Assembly: GCA_964574905.1 (NCBI GenBank) | Contig: CAZNOY010000013.1 | Coordinates: 1,936 to 65,935 of the forward strand | Direction of reading: 5' to 3' | From: an uncultured Citromicrobium sp. | Lineage (GTDB): Bacteria > Pseudomonadota > Alphaproteobacteria > Sphingomonadales > Sphingomonadaceae | DNA: 64,000 nucleotides | Shown here: piece after piece, positions 63,352 through 64,000 of the stretch | Numbering within the stretch: position 1 is the stretch's first letter | Layout: each line of letters begins with the position of its first letter | Position numbers and translations under genes: made by a program | Notes under the pieces: generated by a model | Seen by the model: only the letters and a program-made list of their open reading frames with translations | Database searches by the model: none | What the model was told of the DNA's origin: nothing

Positions 63352-63457
63352 CTTTTCCGATGGCTCGGGCAGGTCCCCGCGCGGCCAAAACCCTTGACGG
63401 GGGAGTCCCTGCGGATTCATGGTGCGTTCCGCACCCCACCCCCCAGGGAGAACGACC

Positions 63458-64000
63458 GTGGCGAGCAAGGCCCTTGTAACGACCGAACAGGTCGACTGGC
63501 GCGAAGCGTTCCAGCACTCGCTCAAGCGGGCGCTGCAGATGGCGGGTGCGCTGATCCTGTTCGCGGCGCTCGTCTTCCTCGCGCTCGCGCTGGTGAGCTA
63601 CACCCACACCGATCCCAGCCCGTCGACCGCCGCGGCGCCCGATGGGCCGATCGCCAACTGGATGGGCCGCGCGGGCGCATGGGCTGCCGAGCGGGCGCTG
63701 TTCCTGTTCGGGTGGACCTCCATCCTCGTCCTGCCGCTGCTCTACATCGGCGCGCGCAGCCTGTGGCGCATGGCGAACGAGGAGGAACGGGGCGAGGCGC
63801 GCACGCGCTGGTGGCGTCCGGCGGCGATGCTGGCGCTGGCGATGGTGCTGCTGGCAAGCGTGGTGACGCTGGCCCTGCCCGAGGCGCCGATGATGCTGCC
63901 CGCAGGCGGCGGCGGGCTGTTCGGCCTGCTCGGCGCGGGCGTGATCGAGGCGATCGCGACGCGGCTGTTCGGCGCGGCGGCAGGGTGGCTGATCCTCGTC
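63458..64000 (+). CDS. ftsK: DNA translocase FtsK, N-terminal membrane domain (partial, runs off the window)
   Basis: GTG start with GGGAG 7 nt upstream. Transmembrane helices and the GGGGLFGLLGAGVIEAI pattern. Open to the window end. Confidence 0.8.
   Translation, partial: MASKALVTTEQVDWREAFQHSLKRALQMAGALILFAALVFLALALVSYTHTDPSPSTAAAPDGPIANWMGRAGAWAAERALFLFGWTSILVLPLLYIGARSLWRMANEEERGEARTRWWRPAAMLALAMVLLASVVTLALPEAPMMLPAGGGGLFGLLGAGVIEAIATRLFGAAAGWLILV

Overview
High-GC (about two-thirds G+C by hand counts) bacterial chromosomal segment. It is probably alphaproteobacterial and Sphingomonadales-like: it has an HWE histidine kinase, a GGAAC-N17-CGTT EcfG-type promoter and a TonB-dependent receptor. 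Most of the 64 kb is densely packed housekeeping: tRNA-Gly, folD, argB, nrdB and nrdA (not adjacent), nadB, guaA, sdaA, gyrB, lgt, glnD, yggS, the ftsK 5' end, an osmoprotectant ABC system, an M13 peptidase and a GGDEF protein. Many long ORFs in the track are antisense artefacts of the high GC content. Two short AT-richer islets stand out. (A) 13210-15238, wedged between a thermonuclease gene and nrdB, carries an overlapping DUF4160/DUF2442 pair, an Excalibur protein, a SEC-C relic with an in-frame stop, and a 271-aa orphan at 37-48% GC. (B) 59940-62100, between glnD and yggS, carries one 593-aa protein with a complete SIR2_2-type NADase motif set, an unassigned C-terminal half and no known partner gene. 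The SIR2 gene is my best candidate for an undescribed single-gene defence system, and the 271-aa orphan is second. Other observations: a 42-nt motif present twice, each about 210 nt upstream of a start codon; an orphan strong intrinsic terminator suggesting a small RNA or leader; a degenerate duplicated phnA 3' end bracketing an inserted gene; and an 18-bp perfect palindrome upstream of nrdB. No CRISPR array, rRNA, transposase or integrase was seen. All family assignments come from motif recognition by eye, with no searches run.
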